Positions 10,085 to 18,955 of a stretch of 64,000 nt of DNA are shown piece after piece. Both the position numbers and the translations under genes were made by a program. The notes beneath the pieces were generated by a model. It was not told the DNA's origin and did not search any database. It saw nothing but the letters and a program-made list of their open reading frames with translations. How positions within the stretch are numbered: position 1 is the stretch's first letter; each line of letters opens with the position of its first letter. The DNA is taken from positions 186,001 through 250,000 of the IMG/VR virus record IMGVR_UViG_3300028800_000001; one strand, 5' to 3'.

Positions 10085-10324
10085 TCACTTGATATGGGTA
10101 ATCTTCATACTCTTTTCAATACTCTCCAACGTCTCTTTCCCACTATAGGGCTCCCACTCTCCATGCAAAAGCCAGAGATAGAGGAGATCAGCAGGCGAAA
10201 GCGTCTTCGCATCCAGATCAAGAAATGCGGCCATCGCCTCATCTTTATTGCTATTGGAATCATGATATGATCCTCCATCAACAAGGTAGCCATTGTCTGC
10301 ATTTTGATACAGAATTTTCGTCAT
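10085..10324 (-). CDS. 79-aa protein, candidate immunity of DUF3626-like gene
   Basis: immediately downstream of 10336-11292. Confidence 0.55.
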   Translation of the reverse strand: MTKILYQNADNGYLVDGGSYHDSNSNKDEAMAAFLDLDAKTLSPADLLYLWLLHGEWEPYSGKETLESIEKSMKITHIK

Positions 10325-10335
10325 CTCTTTTTCCT

Positions 10336-11292
10336 TTACCCTACACGCCAGGAAACGCCAGCGGCCTTGAGTTTTTTCTGAAGGGCAATCGTCGGTTTCT
10401 TGCCAGAAAACACCACTTCAGAAATATGCTGCGTGGTGACCCCGCCATGCGTTTGCGTCTCAATATAGCGAAATTGATCGTTACTCATACCGCTCTCAAT
10501 AGAACGTACCGAGAGCGGATCAACCGCACCGTAATGAAATGGATTTGGATTGGTTGAAATATTAAATATTTTACTATTCGCTTCAGTTAAGGGTTGCGGG
10601 ATCATCTTTGGCGAAGTCCCTCCACCAGTGCTACCCATACTATCCTCTGCGGTAATCGTCACCCGATCAGAAAGCGCGGCCTTATCCATCTTGATCGCAA
10701 TAGCTCCATACCCATCTAACCTCCAGCTCCCTCCACCATTGCTATCGTTGCTCATGTACCCATAGATAGGACGCTCATTTGCATCCATCGAAGCAGGATT
10801 GCCAAAAAGATTTTCTTCAGCTTGCTTACGTGTAGACAACGAGTACTTTGCTGAAGGGTTGGCTGGCACCTGAAAGGCATTCTTAAACGAGCCATCACTG
10901 AGAATAGAGTCGAGTGCCTTCGGACTGGTACGCATCCACATCTCTGCTTTCCCTACCAGATCTTGCGCTTTTTGATCTGCTGCTTTGACATAGTCGTCAT
11001 AACTCATACCATGTTTGCTCGCAAACGCACTCCAGGTGGACTTACGAGCCGACTCATATTGCTGTTGCCAGTGATCATCTGGATGTTTATTGGCAAGCGG
11101 CTTTGGCTTTTGATTGTCAGGATGATCTGGATGCTTGGGACCAAGCTCACGTCTGCCATCAGGATGCACAATTAAATGCGCCTCACCGGCTGTCGTAAAA
11201 CGGCCCGTGTGATCATGATAGCGATTGTATTTCTCCTCAACATCACGAACCAGATGCTTAATGTCAAGAAGTTCGAAACGCAGTAACGTCAT
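10336..11292 (-). CDS. DUF3626-like protein (probable ART fold) with YHDxxGRF tag
   Basis: ERPIYGY, YGAIAI, TxEDS, YIETQTHGG motifs; N-terminal KYNRYHDHTGRFTT. Confidence 0.6.
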   Translation of the reverse strand: MTLLRFELLDIKHLVRDVEEKYNRYHDHTGRFTTAGEAHLIVHPDGRRELGPKHPDHPDNQKPKPLANKHPDDHWQQQYESARKSTWSAFASKHGMSYDDYVKAADQKAQDLVGKAEMWMRTSPKALDSILSDGSFKNAFQVPANPSAKYSLSTRKQAEENLFGNPASMDANERPIYGYMSNDSNGGGSWRLDGYGAIAIKMDKAALSDRVTITAEDSMGSTGGGTSPKMIPQPLTEANSKIFNISTNPNPFHYGAVDPLSVRSIESGMSNDQFRYIETQTHGGVTTQHISEVVFSGKKPTIALQKKLKAAGVSWRVG

Positions 11293-11483
11293 ACTTTTGA
11301 GCTACCTTTAAGATATGTTTTTTCCGCATCCACAAGAACCTTTTTATTGACACTATCCAACGCGTCAAAATCTTTCGCTTGCTCTACTGCCTCCAAAAAG
11401 CTTTGACGCTGCTCACGTGACAGGTCTCTATACACATCCGTACTCATAGCGCGTCCAGCGCGCTGTGAAAGTGCTATATTCAT
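11289..11483 (-). CDS. 64-aa helical protein, candidate immunity
   Basis: MNIALSQRAGRAMSTDVYRDLSREQRQSFLEAVEQAKDFDALD; paralog of 8920-9099. Confidence 0.7.
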   Translation of the reverse strand: MNIALSQRAGRAMSTDVYRDLSREQRQSFLEAVEQAKDFDALDSVNKKVLVDAEKTYLKGSSKV

Positions 11484-11496
11484 ACCATTCCCTTTC

Positions 11497-12519
11497 TTAG
11501 TCAATCCAGGCACCACCAGAGAAGCCAGTGTATGAGGCTTTATGATGTACTTTGGTCGAGACACGCGTCGCAGTACGATTGAGCACTACATGATACGTAG
11601 ATTGTGGCGACGCTGCTCGATCCACTTTTATCACATCGTAGCCCTGGCTTGCGGCGTAACGCCCTGCATTGGAATAGACCTCACGCAGCAACTTCAAATC
11701 ACTTTCTCGACGCTGAAGCCCTGCGTAAGAAGGATCGCTACTTGGAACGGTATAGAGCTGATTGCGCACCTTATAGATCTCACTTGTCACACGTGCTTCG
11801 GCTTGCCCTGCTTCATTATTAAGATCACTATATTTACCAATCTTTGCGCCCTTTTTAATGGAGAGACGCATCACCGCACCCTGCCCATAATTGTTAGAAT
11901 AGCTGCCTGCCACCTCTTTTGCGCCATTGGGGTTGCCCTTTTTCGCTCCTGCAACGTAGGTACCATTGCCATAAATACCGTAGCCTGGATAATACTTCCC
12001 TTGCATATACGCCTGATCAAACCCTTGCCCATCAGAAACCCCACGATACGCTTCTAGCTCTTTCCCTGTGGTCACATATTTGTCCATCTCGGAAGGACTG
12101 ACCACATCAGGCTTCCCATCAAAACCGTGATGCGCAAATAATGCTCCGAGCAGCGCGTCTCCTCCAGCACTGCGTGTAGCAAACTGCTTTGGATTGGCCG
12201 CATACGCATCACCAAATTTCGCAAGAATATCATCATCACTCATGGGACTGCCTTGCGTAATTTTATTGGCTATCGCAGGACTTACCTTTGGAGGTTTGGG
12301 GGGTTTTACAGGCTTTGGAGGAGGCACATCAGGACCATGCGAAAGAGGATTGCCATGCGCGTCATATTGAAGCACTCCAGGCTTGCCGCCAATACGTATC
12401 TGGCGACGCGTCCCAGCGATCATGTGAAATCTATTACCATGCGTACGTTGATCATGACGACCAGGAAGATGCTTAATTTGTTCGCACAGTGCCTTGAGCT
12501 CTTGCTCTAGAAGAAACAT
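11497..12519 (-). CDS. ART-fold-like effector paralog 5 (most divergent)
   Basis: HLPGRHDQRTHG tag; EAYRG, GYGIYGNGTY, GYD, YHVVLNR. Confidence 0.6.
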   Translation of the reverse strand: MFLLEQELKALCEQIKHLPGRHDQRTHGNRFHMIAGTRRQIRIGGKPGVLQYDAHGNPLSHGPDVPPPKPVKPPKPPKVSPAIANKITQGSPMSDDDILAKFGDAYAANPKQFATRSAGGDALLGALFAHHGFDGKPDVVSPSEMDKYVTTGKELEAYRGVSDGQGFDQAYMQGKYYPGYGIYGNGTYVAGAKKGNPNGAKEVAGSYSNNYGQGAVMRLSIKKGAKIGKYSDLNNEAGQAEARVTSEIYKVRNQLYTVPSSDPSYAGLQRRESDLKLLREVYSNAGRYAASQGYDVIKVDRAASPQSTYHVVLNRTATRVSTKVHHKASYTGFSGGAWID

Positions 12520-12612
12520 AGCGCACTCCATATCTCAAAAGATAAAATAGATATTTGAGATATGGACATTTGAGGATGCACCTATCATAGCAGATCTGTG
12601 CAGAAAAAGAAA

Positions 12613-12735
12613 CTATTTTTTCTTGGGAAGTTTACTTTTCACATTCTTTACAACCGCGCCCCAGGAGCGCTTCGCTACCGGCTCGTCCCATATAATAGAA
12701 TCAGGATGCCACAAAAACTTTTTCGATTTCTTCAT
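12613..12735 (-). CDS. 40-aa peptide downstream of VIP2-like ART (missing from ORF track)
   Basis: MKKSKKFLWHPDSIIWDEPVAKRSWGAVVKNVKSKLPKKK; GGGAGG RBS; own promoter. Confidence 0.6.
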   Translation of the reverse strand: MKKSKKFLWHPDSIIWDEPVAKRSWGAVVKNVKSKLPKKK

Positions 12736-12752
12736 ACTCGCCTCCCACATAT

Positions 12753-12805
12753 AGTATACCCTAATTCACACGTTACGTCAAATATTTCTTCTTTGCATTT
12801 TCAGA
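12753..12805 (-). promoter_or_regulatory. sigma70-type promoter with upstream box
   Basis: TTGACG-17-TATACT plus TCTGAAAA at conserved distance. Confidence 0.7.
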
Positions 12806-13489
12806 CTTGGCAAGTCCCAACGTCACTGTTCGAATGCCATATTGATTTTTACCTGTACCAAGCACTTTGAACTTTGACCCAGGCGGAATAAGAAATTCGT
12901 GTTCATCCTTTCCTTCGGAAATACTTTCCACATACAATCCTTTTGCGCCTTTGGGCACATGGATTACAAACTTCATTGTATCGCCAAAGGAGGATTCATC
13001 GTCGCTCGTGGTTGAAACAAAGGCTGGATCGGTAAAGCTTTTACCAACGTTGCGTTCGAGCTCTTGAAAGACCGACTTGGCCGTTGCTTCATCAGGAAGT
13101 TTAATGCCCCGTGACACCGAGAATGCGACAGGGGCTTCCCCTCTATTTAATCCCTCTGTCGCCGCTTTGATCATCTGAGCATATTTGGCAGGCAGCGCCG
13201 TCTTCTCACGCAGTGAGCGGTTAAACATATCGTAGAGACTACTGGTGTACTGCACGATAGCATTTTTTTGTTCGCGAGAAAGTCCCTTTGTCATCTTCTT
13301 ATAGAGACCGAGCAGATGCGTGTTGCGCTCTTCATCGCTTCCAGCAAGGCCACCGCTATCGCTTTCCTCTGCGCTTCCGTAATGTCCCGCAGATGCGGTT
13401 GCAAAACGACCATGATCATCATGATAGGGATCAGCCTTACTTGCTAAAAAGCGCGTAAGTTGTACCACGTCGCTCACGAAAGGAATCAT
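12773..13489 (-). CDS. ADP-ribosyltransferase, VIP2/C3-like (R-S-E class)
   Basis: YT...FNRSLR, VSRG, FVSTT, EHEFLIPPGSKF; N-terminal KADPYHDDHGRFAT tag. Confidence 0.85.
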   Translation of the reverse strand: MIPFVSDVVQLTRFLASKADPYHDDHGRFATASAGHYGSAEESDSGGLAGSDEERNTHLLGLYKKMTKGLSREQKNAIVQYTSSLYDMFNRSLREKTALPAKYAQMIKAATEGLNRGEAPVAFSVSRGIKLPDEATAKSVFQELERNVGKSFTDPAFVSTTSDDESSFGDTMKFVIHVPKGAKGLYVESISEGKDEHEFLIPPGSKFKVLGTGKNQYGIRTVTLGLAKSENAKKKYLT

Positions 13490-16368
13490 TTACGCACGCT
13501 CTCCTGAAATTCGCGATACTGTGTGCTCACCGAGACTGGTGGCCTGCGCTTTTTCTCTTCGCGTACTGCAAGCTCTTTCTCTGTGCGTTCCAAGAGCGCT
13601 TCCACGCGGTGAATAGCTTCCTTCTTCTCAGGGACAAAGACCTGAGAACAGCGGCAACGAATGATATTGCCAGCAGACGCCCCAATGGTCATATCCCCTG
13701 GATACATCAAATATTCGCCTCCCACCAGAAAGGGATCTTCATAGCGACGCAATTGTTGATCGGCCTGCGCATGTGCCAGTCTGGTATGTGCGTCATGCGT
13801 ACTAATCCAGACTTTTAAAAGTGGAATACCAACGGCTCCAGCCGTCTTATGTGCGCCATAGTTATAGGCAGTCGTCCACTCCGTTTGCGCAATCATTTCT
13901 GCTTTTTTGCCTAAGCGCTCACCAGAGAGGAAATTGCTCAAGCGTTCGCCAATAGCGCGGTTGTCTTCGCCTTGCGCAAGCCCTGTCTCAATTTCACGAG
14001 CAACCTCTTTTTTGAGGGTATCAAGCACCTGCGCGGTCGCCTGCTCACCATGCTTACGCCCATATTCAGCCGCAAGGCTTTGCCATGACGGCGGTGACCA
14101 TTTCTTTTTATAAGCAGCACTGGTAAGATTTTTATGCGTATCATTTACGCCCTGTGTTCCTGCTTGCTCTGAGCACAGCGAAAGACCATGCAGAATGACT
14201 TTCTTTGAGGTGTCCCAGACCGGCTCAAGATTATCAGTAATCGTATTCGGATCAGTGCCTACACGTGCAGTTGCAATCGCCTGCTGTGCGGTGACGTTTA
14301 ATGCGTGACGCACTGGCTCCACACCACGCGTACTCTCCAGGTTTTGCTGACTCTCTAGCACTGGTGTGCTCTTAATCTCTGTCACAATCACCCGACTCAT
14401 CGTCTCTTGCGCATCCGCGTCCTGCACATTTGACGTTCCTTGCTGTGTTGAGCCCTGTCCAGGTTTGGGTGTAGGAGAGGCCGAAGGATTTGGCCCAGGA
14501 CTAGGAGGTGCTGGCTGTTTTCCAGGCGGTAGTTGTGCAGGTTGTTGCCCAGGTGGTAACTGCCCACTACCATCGTCAGGCGGTGGTGGTCCTCCTGCTC
14601 CTGGTTGCGGTGGCCCTGCAAGCGTCTGCTTAAACATCGTCTCGACAAACTGGCCCATTGCCTCTTCAGGCACAAACGCTTTATTCATCGTCGTGATATT
14701 GAAGTAATCCCCACCATCAATTTCAGTGAGCCCAAGAAGATTGCGCACTTCGTTTAAGGTCACAACGCCTGCGCCCCACTGTGCCATGACGCGAGTATTG
14801 AGGCTATCACGGTCCTCTTGTAACGCCTCCACCTGATCTTTGTCATAGTCGAGCTCTAAGCGCTCATCAAACATTGGCACGAGCCAGACGTTGAGACGAT
14901 CCCTCAGTTTATCCATGAGGGGCAAAACCGTCTCCTGATAAAAGCTTTTACGTGCTTCCCCATAATTGGAGTTGTGGACACAGAGCCCTTGCGCAAAGAA
15001 GGTATGCGTCCCTTCTACTTCAATGTCATACACATCCACTTCAAGGAGCTCTTCAATCTTTTGCAGCTCCACCAGTGTCGTGCCAACCGGAATACTGGGA
15101 AATTCATCAGAATAGACGCATTCATGCCTGATTGTTTCTTTGAGCGGCCCATCACGAGCCACCAACAGATCGCCAACACGCAAGTCATCTAAGCGCACAA
15201 AATAGAGTCCATCAAAACGCTCTTTCTTCTGTTTATTTCTGCGCGCCATAAGAAAGGGGTGATTGGCCGTCGCCTCAACCGTAAACGATCCTGCCGTCAA
15301 ACGAAACGTCTTCTTCTTCCCTGTTTTCCACTGGCGTGTAATACGCCGCTTCACAATCGTATTGAAGGTCGGATCATAGGAGTAAACTTGAATACCAGGA
15401 GTGAGCATGCCGATAGGCAGTGGCCCATGCACCGTTTCAATGCGGCTCTCATAAGGGAGACAATAGGTTTTATTGGCATTGTCACCAAGCAGTTCAGACG
15501 GCACACCAAGAGCAATGGAGATATCACGCATATTTTGCTTGCGGCTCTCCTGCCAGTCCAATTCCATTGGCGACATAGAAAACTGTTTCCAGTCCAACCC
15601 ACCCTCTAGCAAGAGTGGTACACCTGCGTTCTTCTTGCCGGTATATTTCTCCCGAATCACTCTTCTCAAACGCTCAAATTGATCGTTGCCGAGTGTGCCA
15701 GAGGCAACAAGCGCACCAGAAGGTCTTCCTGCGTTCTGAAGTATAGCGGTGTTCCAGTCAAATCCTTCATTTTGCTGATCAATCAAGGCTGCGGCTACCG
15801 CGACGGGAGAAAGTCCGTACCAATCATTCGTTGCCGAGAACATCTTGAGATGCATAATATCTGGTGCATCATAGTATTGGCGATGACCATCAAGCGTATA
15901 TTCGTAGCCAGCGATAGTACCAATACCAGGAATGACACGCATACGGTCTGGTCGCATTGTCCAGAGCTCCATTGGCAGCGCACGCGGGTTAGGACGTACC
16001 GCGTACATATAGGCATTGCCCGAAAGTATCCAGTAGGAAATGATCTCTTCTAAAAAGGTGGCGGAACCATGACGGGGATTGGGTTGCATAAAAAGATCAA
16101 GGAGTGGGTGTTCTTCAATGACGCGTTTCTTATTGGTTTTCTGTGTCAGTTTCCAGGGGATGCCAGCACAACTTTGCGCGATCAAAGAGATAGCTTTATA
16201 CGTCGTAATATTTTTTTCATAGCCGAATGTTGCTAAATTCTTAAAATCGCGTGGCGTATAAATAGGTTGCCCAGGCGCAATGAATTGTGCGTACATCTGA
16301 TACGCTGGATCGTCCTTCTTTTCAGAACCACCCAGGCGCAAGAAGAACTTCTGGAGCGGATTTGCCAT
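13486..16368 (-). CDS. HK97-family portal protein with intein, fused to MuF (Mu gpF/SPP1 gp7) head morphogenesis domain
   Basis: GNAY, GLSPV, NAGxPLLLEGG, GVPSELLG, TLNEVR portal motifs; C-terminal KVWISTHDAHTRLAH...YPGD...CRC MuF motif. Confidence 0.9.
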   Translation of the reverse strand: MANPLQKFFLRLGGSEKKDDPAYQMYAQFIAPGQPIYTPRDFKNLATFGYEKNITTYKAISLIAQSCAGIPWKLTQKTNKKRVIEEHPLLDLFMQPNPRHGSATFLEEIISYWILSGNAYMYAVRPNPRALPMELWTMRPDRMRVIPGIGTIAGYEYTLDGHRQYYDAPDIMHLKMFSATNDWYGLSPVAVAAALIDQQNEGFDWNTAILQNAGRPSGALVASGTLGNDQFERLRRVIREKYTGKKNAGVPLLLEGGLDWKQFSMSPMELDWQESRKQNMRDISIALGVPSELLGDNANKTYCLPYESRIETVHGPLPIGMLTPGIQVYSYDPTFNTIVKRRITRQWKTGKKKTFRLTAGSFTVEATANHPFLMARRNKQKKERFDGLYFVRLDDLRVGDLLVARDGPLKETIRHECVYSDEFPSIPVGTTLVELQKIEELLEVDVYDIEVEGTHTFFAQGLCVHNSNYGEARKSFYQETVLPLMDKLRDRLNVWLVPMFDERLELDYDKDQVEALQEDRDSLNTRVMAQWGAGVVTLNEVRNLLGLTEIDGGDYFNITTMNKAFVPEEAMGQFVETMFKQTLAGPPQPGAGGPPPPDDGSGQLPPGQQPAQLPPGKQPAPPSPGPNPSASPTPKPGQGSTQQGTSNVQDADAQETMSRVIVTEIKSTPVLESQQNLESTRGVEPVRHALNVTAQQAIATARVGTDPNTITDNLEPVWDTSKKVILHGLSLCSEQAGTQGVNDTHKNLTSAAYKKKWSPPSWQSLAAEYGRKHGEQATAQVLDTLKKEVAREIETGLAQGEDNRAIGERLSNFLSGERLGKKAEMIAQTEWTTAYNYGAHKTAGAVGIPLLKVWISTHDAHTRLAHAQADQQLRRYEDPFLVGGEYLMYPGDMTIGASAGNIIRCRCSQVFVPEKKEAIHRVEALLERTEKELAVREEKKRRPPVSVSTQYREFQESVRK
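14971..15462 (-). mobile_element. mini-intein (164 aa, no endonuclease) in portal
   Basis: begins CLPYES, block B TANHPF, ends VYDIEV...CVHN followed by Ser. Confidence 0.9.
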
Positions 16369-16480
16369 AAAATAACTACACCTTCAATAGAAGAGAATCA
16401 GCAAAGGATTTTCGTTTCTATTGAAGATGAATGTTTGGCAGGGATTTGGCCTTTAGTATACTATAGATTTTTCGAAATGA

Positions 16481-16693
16481 CTAGTCCGTCAGATCAAGGA
16501 GCGCGGCGCGAAGCTGTTCGGCTTGTTTTGCGTAATACAGATACGTTTTCGTTTTGGTTTTTACTTCCACACAGAGCACATCGCTTTCTTCGTCTCCCCA
16601 ATCAATTCTCTCAATTGTGTTCAAGGGGAAACTATCGCGAAAGATACGCATAAAGATCATGCCACCGATATTATGATATTCTACTACCTTCAT
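16481..16693 (-). CDS. hypothetical protein
   Basis: 70 aa, GAGGA RBS. Confidence 0.55.
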   Translation of the reverse strand: MKVVEYHNIGGMIFMRIFRDSFPLNTIERIDWGDEESDVLCVEVKTKTKTYLYYAKQAEQLRAALLDLTD

Positions 16694-16706
16694 AGGTCTT
16701 CCTCAT

Positions 16707-16744
16707 AAAAAAAGAGCGCCCCCTTGCGAGACGCCCCTCTTTTT
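16707..16744 (-). terminator. intrinsic terminator after Ro60 gene
   Basis: GGGCGUCUC-GCAAG-GGGGCGCUC then U7. Confidence 0.75.
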
Positions 16745-16749
16745 AGTAG

Positions 16750-18597
16750 TTACACATTCCCTACAATGAAATCATTCATAATTTGTGGCGTAGCGGTGTC
16801 AAAACCTACAACATCCAACGAGCCTGGATCGGCTGGATCGGCAATTGTGAATTCCGTCGCGGTCATTCCCATGACGATCAGCTTTGCATTGATACCGCTG
16901 TGCTGTCGATAATTGCGCAGCGCTTCCGAGGCGTGTATTTCACCGGCCCACGTCTCATTGTCGGTAAGCACAATAAAGGCATCCGCCTCAACATTGTTTT
17001 TCTGTGCCCAAATCATCGGCAATGAGCAATCAGTCCCACCAAACGGCATGCGATCAACAGCCGCAAGTGCATCGTCCAAACGCTGTTTTGGTGAAACAGG
17101 TAGTGGCACGAACTGATGACTAAACGCCATCATCGCATAATTGCTCTCCGTTGCAGCCGTGAGCAGCGCAAGCGCGGTGGAAGCCACTCGTGGAGTGAGC
17201 CCAATCACCTCTGCCAAGGTTCCACCGGTCATGGAACCTGAAACGTCTACCGCAAGCACCAAGCGCTTATTCGTTGGTGTGATGACCCCAAAGGAAAGAT
17301 GAAACGCGTCATGGAGCGCATCAACGATAGACTGCACAGGCGTCCAGGTAGCAGTGCTTCTCAAGCTGCGTCCGGCCTTGTAAGTGAGCATTGCGGCCAG
17401 GATTTTAATTGGGTGCAAGCGCGCTCCAACTAAGCGCTTCTGCTCATGCAAACGTTTGTTTACCAGCGCCGTTGCGCTGCTCGTTTGCGTCAGAATGCCC
17501 ACTCTGGTCATCGTCGCAAGGTTCTTCACCATCATTTCCGGCTGCGACTGCTCCAAGAGAATCTCCCAGACCGCTTTCGATTTGAGATATTGCGTTGGCA
17601 CTGCTTCACGTGGAAGTTTGTATGCCTCAATCAACTTCACGACTTCCGCTTCGCTATTGGCGCGCTTTGCCTGTTCGAAGGCACGCAAAATTGCGACCGG
17701 ATCATGATCAGAGGGAACCACTGACTCAATTTCCCCTTTCGCGATCCATTTGAGCGCTTCAGCACGCTCGCCAGAAGAATGTGGATGTGCTAAACGCACA
17801 ATATCTTGCTGACTCCAGCCATCGCGGCTCTGATACTTCACACTCTGGTACGCCAACTTCTCGACTGCCATGTCTTCGTACCACAAACGGCTGGATTTGC
17901 GCTGCGCACCACCACGGCCACGGAACTGCTCAATATAGGACTGAAAGTGCAGCCAATGTGTACCAATGCGCACCACTTTTCCAAGCTGGCTATACGCATA
18001 TTGGCGAACCTCAAGATCCTCTGGATGCAAAAGCTGAACGGTTTTCCCACTCTTCTTCACCTTGAGCTCAATCGTGTTTTCGTCCAGACGCGTCCAGGTA
18101 CGACTGCCATCTTTGGACGTAACGGTAAGCCCAACTTTCGGAAAACGTGTAAACTCTCTCTCGTGCTTCTCGTTTACGTGTTCGGTGTCATCCTCTGTGT
18201 AGCGATGCAACAGGTACACCATCTCAGCGGGAACCGTGTGCGCAACCGTTCCATGTACATCACAGGCGCAACAACGCGCAAGCGCAAACAGCGCAGGATC
18301 TTCTTTCGGAGCGCGCCCTGCCTGGGAAATCTCCACAATGGTGTCTACCACCTCTTTGCCACGACCAGCGCGTAGTAACGCCTCTAGTGTGTCCAGGTTG
18401 TCCTTCGTCAGCTTTTTCTTTCCAACATAATAGGTAGAGCTGCTACTGCCCAGGATCAAAAAACGCTTGAAGCGATCCAGATCGTCCAGCGTGTAACTAA
18501 ATCCACCCGCATTGTTTTTCTTCTGGTTGGAACCAGGGATCGGCTGGCTCTGTGGCGTCACCAAATTACGCGTGCCCACATTACGATAATTGCTCAT
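16750..18597 (-). CDS. rsr: Ro60 / TROVE-domain RNA-binding protein (Rsr)
   Basis: NNAGGF, RFLILG, KYQSRDGWS, NLATMTR, vWA MIDAS DVSGSM, GGTD, LTDNET, DVVGFD; GAGGAG RBS before ATG 18597. Confidence 0.95.
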   Translation of the reverse strand: MSNYRNVGTRNLVTPQSQPIPGSNQKKNNAGGFSYTLDDLDRFKRFLILGSSSSTYYVGKKKLTKDNLDTLEALLRAGRGKEVVDTIVEISQAGRAPKEDPALFALARCCACDVHGTVAHTVPAEMVYLLHRYTEDDTEHVNEKHEREFTRFPKVGLTVTSKDGSRTWTRLDENTIELKVKKSGKTVQLLHPEDLEVRQYAYSQLGKVVRIGTHWLHFQSYIEQFRGRGGAQRKSSRLWYEDMAVEKLAYQSVKYQSRDGWSQQDIVRLAHPHSSGERAEALKWIAKGEIESVVPSDHDPVAILRAFEQAKRANSEAEVVKLIEAYKLPREAVPTQYLKSKAVWEILLEQSQPEMMVKNLATMTRVGILTQTSSATALVNKRLHEQKRLVGARLHPIKILAAMLTYKAGRSLRSTATWTPVQSIVDALHDAFHLSFGVITPTNKRLVLAVDVSGSMTGGTLAEVIGLTPRVASTALALLTAATESNYAMMAFSHQFVPLPVSPKQRLDDALAAVDRMPFGGTDCSLPMIWAQKNNVEADAFIVLTDNETWAGEIHASEALRNYRQHSGINAKLIVMGMTATEFTIADPADPGSLDVVGFDTATPQIMNDFIVGNV

Positions 18598-18636
18598 AGT
18601 ACTCCTCTTTCTTTTTAGACGAACAATTTGCGACAT

Positions 18637-18668
18637 AAAAAAAAACACGGGACAACAAAGGCCCGTGT
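18637..18668 (-). terminator. terminator hairpin between Y-RNA array and rsr
   Basis: ACACGGG/CCCGUGU stem then U9. Confidence 0.75.
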
Positions 18669-18677
18669 CTCAGGAAG

Positions 18678-18783
18678 GAACCGGACAAACACTGGAGAGG
18701 TGCTCACCCACATGAGCGCTACACCGCACAAAAAGCGGTGTACAAGAGTCGAACTTGAAAATCCTCACCAAACAGCCCGTTTC
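18678..18783 (-). ncRNA. Y RNA unit 5 (YrlA-like)
   Basis: GAAACGGGCUGU...GUUUGUCCGGUUC terminal stem; T-loop CAAG-UUCGACU-CUUG, capped acceptor-like hairpin, D-like arm. Confidence 0.75.
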
Positions 18784-18786
18784 GAA

Positions 18787-18848
18787 GCTCTGGACAAACA
18801 AGCGAAGAAGCATACAAAAGCGAGAACACTTCTTCAACAGCCCACAGC
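18787..18848 (-). ncRNA. Y RNA unit 4 (minimal, no tRNA domain)
   Basis: GCUGUGGGCUGU...GUUUGUCCAGAGC; shares GAAGAAGUGUUCUC/CUUCUUCG segment with units 1-2. Confidence 0.65.
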
Positions 18849-18851
18849 GAA

Positions 18852-18952
18852 GTCCCAGACAAAAGTTACTGAGCATTTTTCGTGCGCTCTAGCCGCTATG
18901 GGCTAGCCGCTTCCGTCTTCCAATAGAGTACACTCAATAGACAGCCTGCGAC
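18852..18952 (-). ncRNA. Y RNA unit 3 (non-tRNA cargo)
   Basis: GUCGCAGGCUGU...UUUUGUCUGGGAC terminal stem; internal CUAGCC/GGCUAG hairpin. Confidence 0.6.
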
Positions 18953-18955
18953 GAA

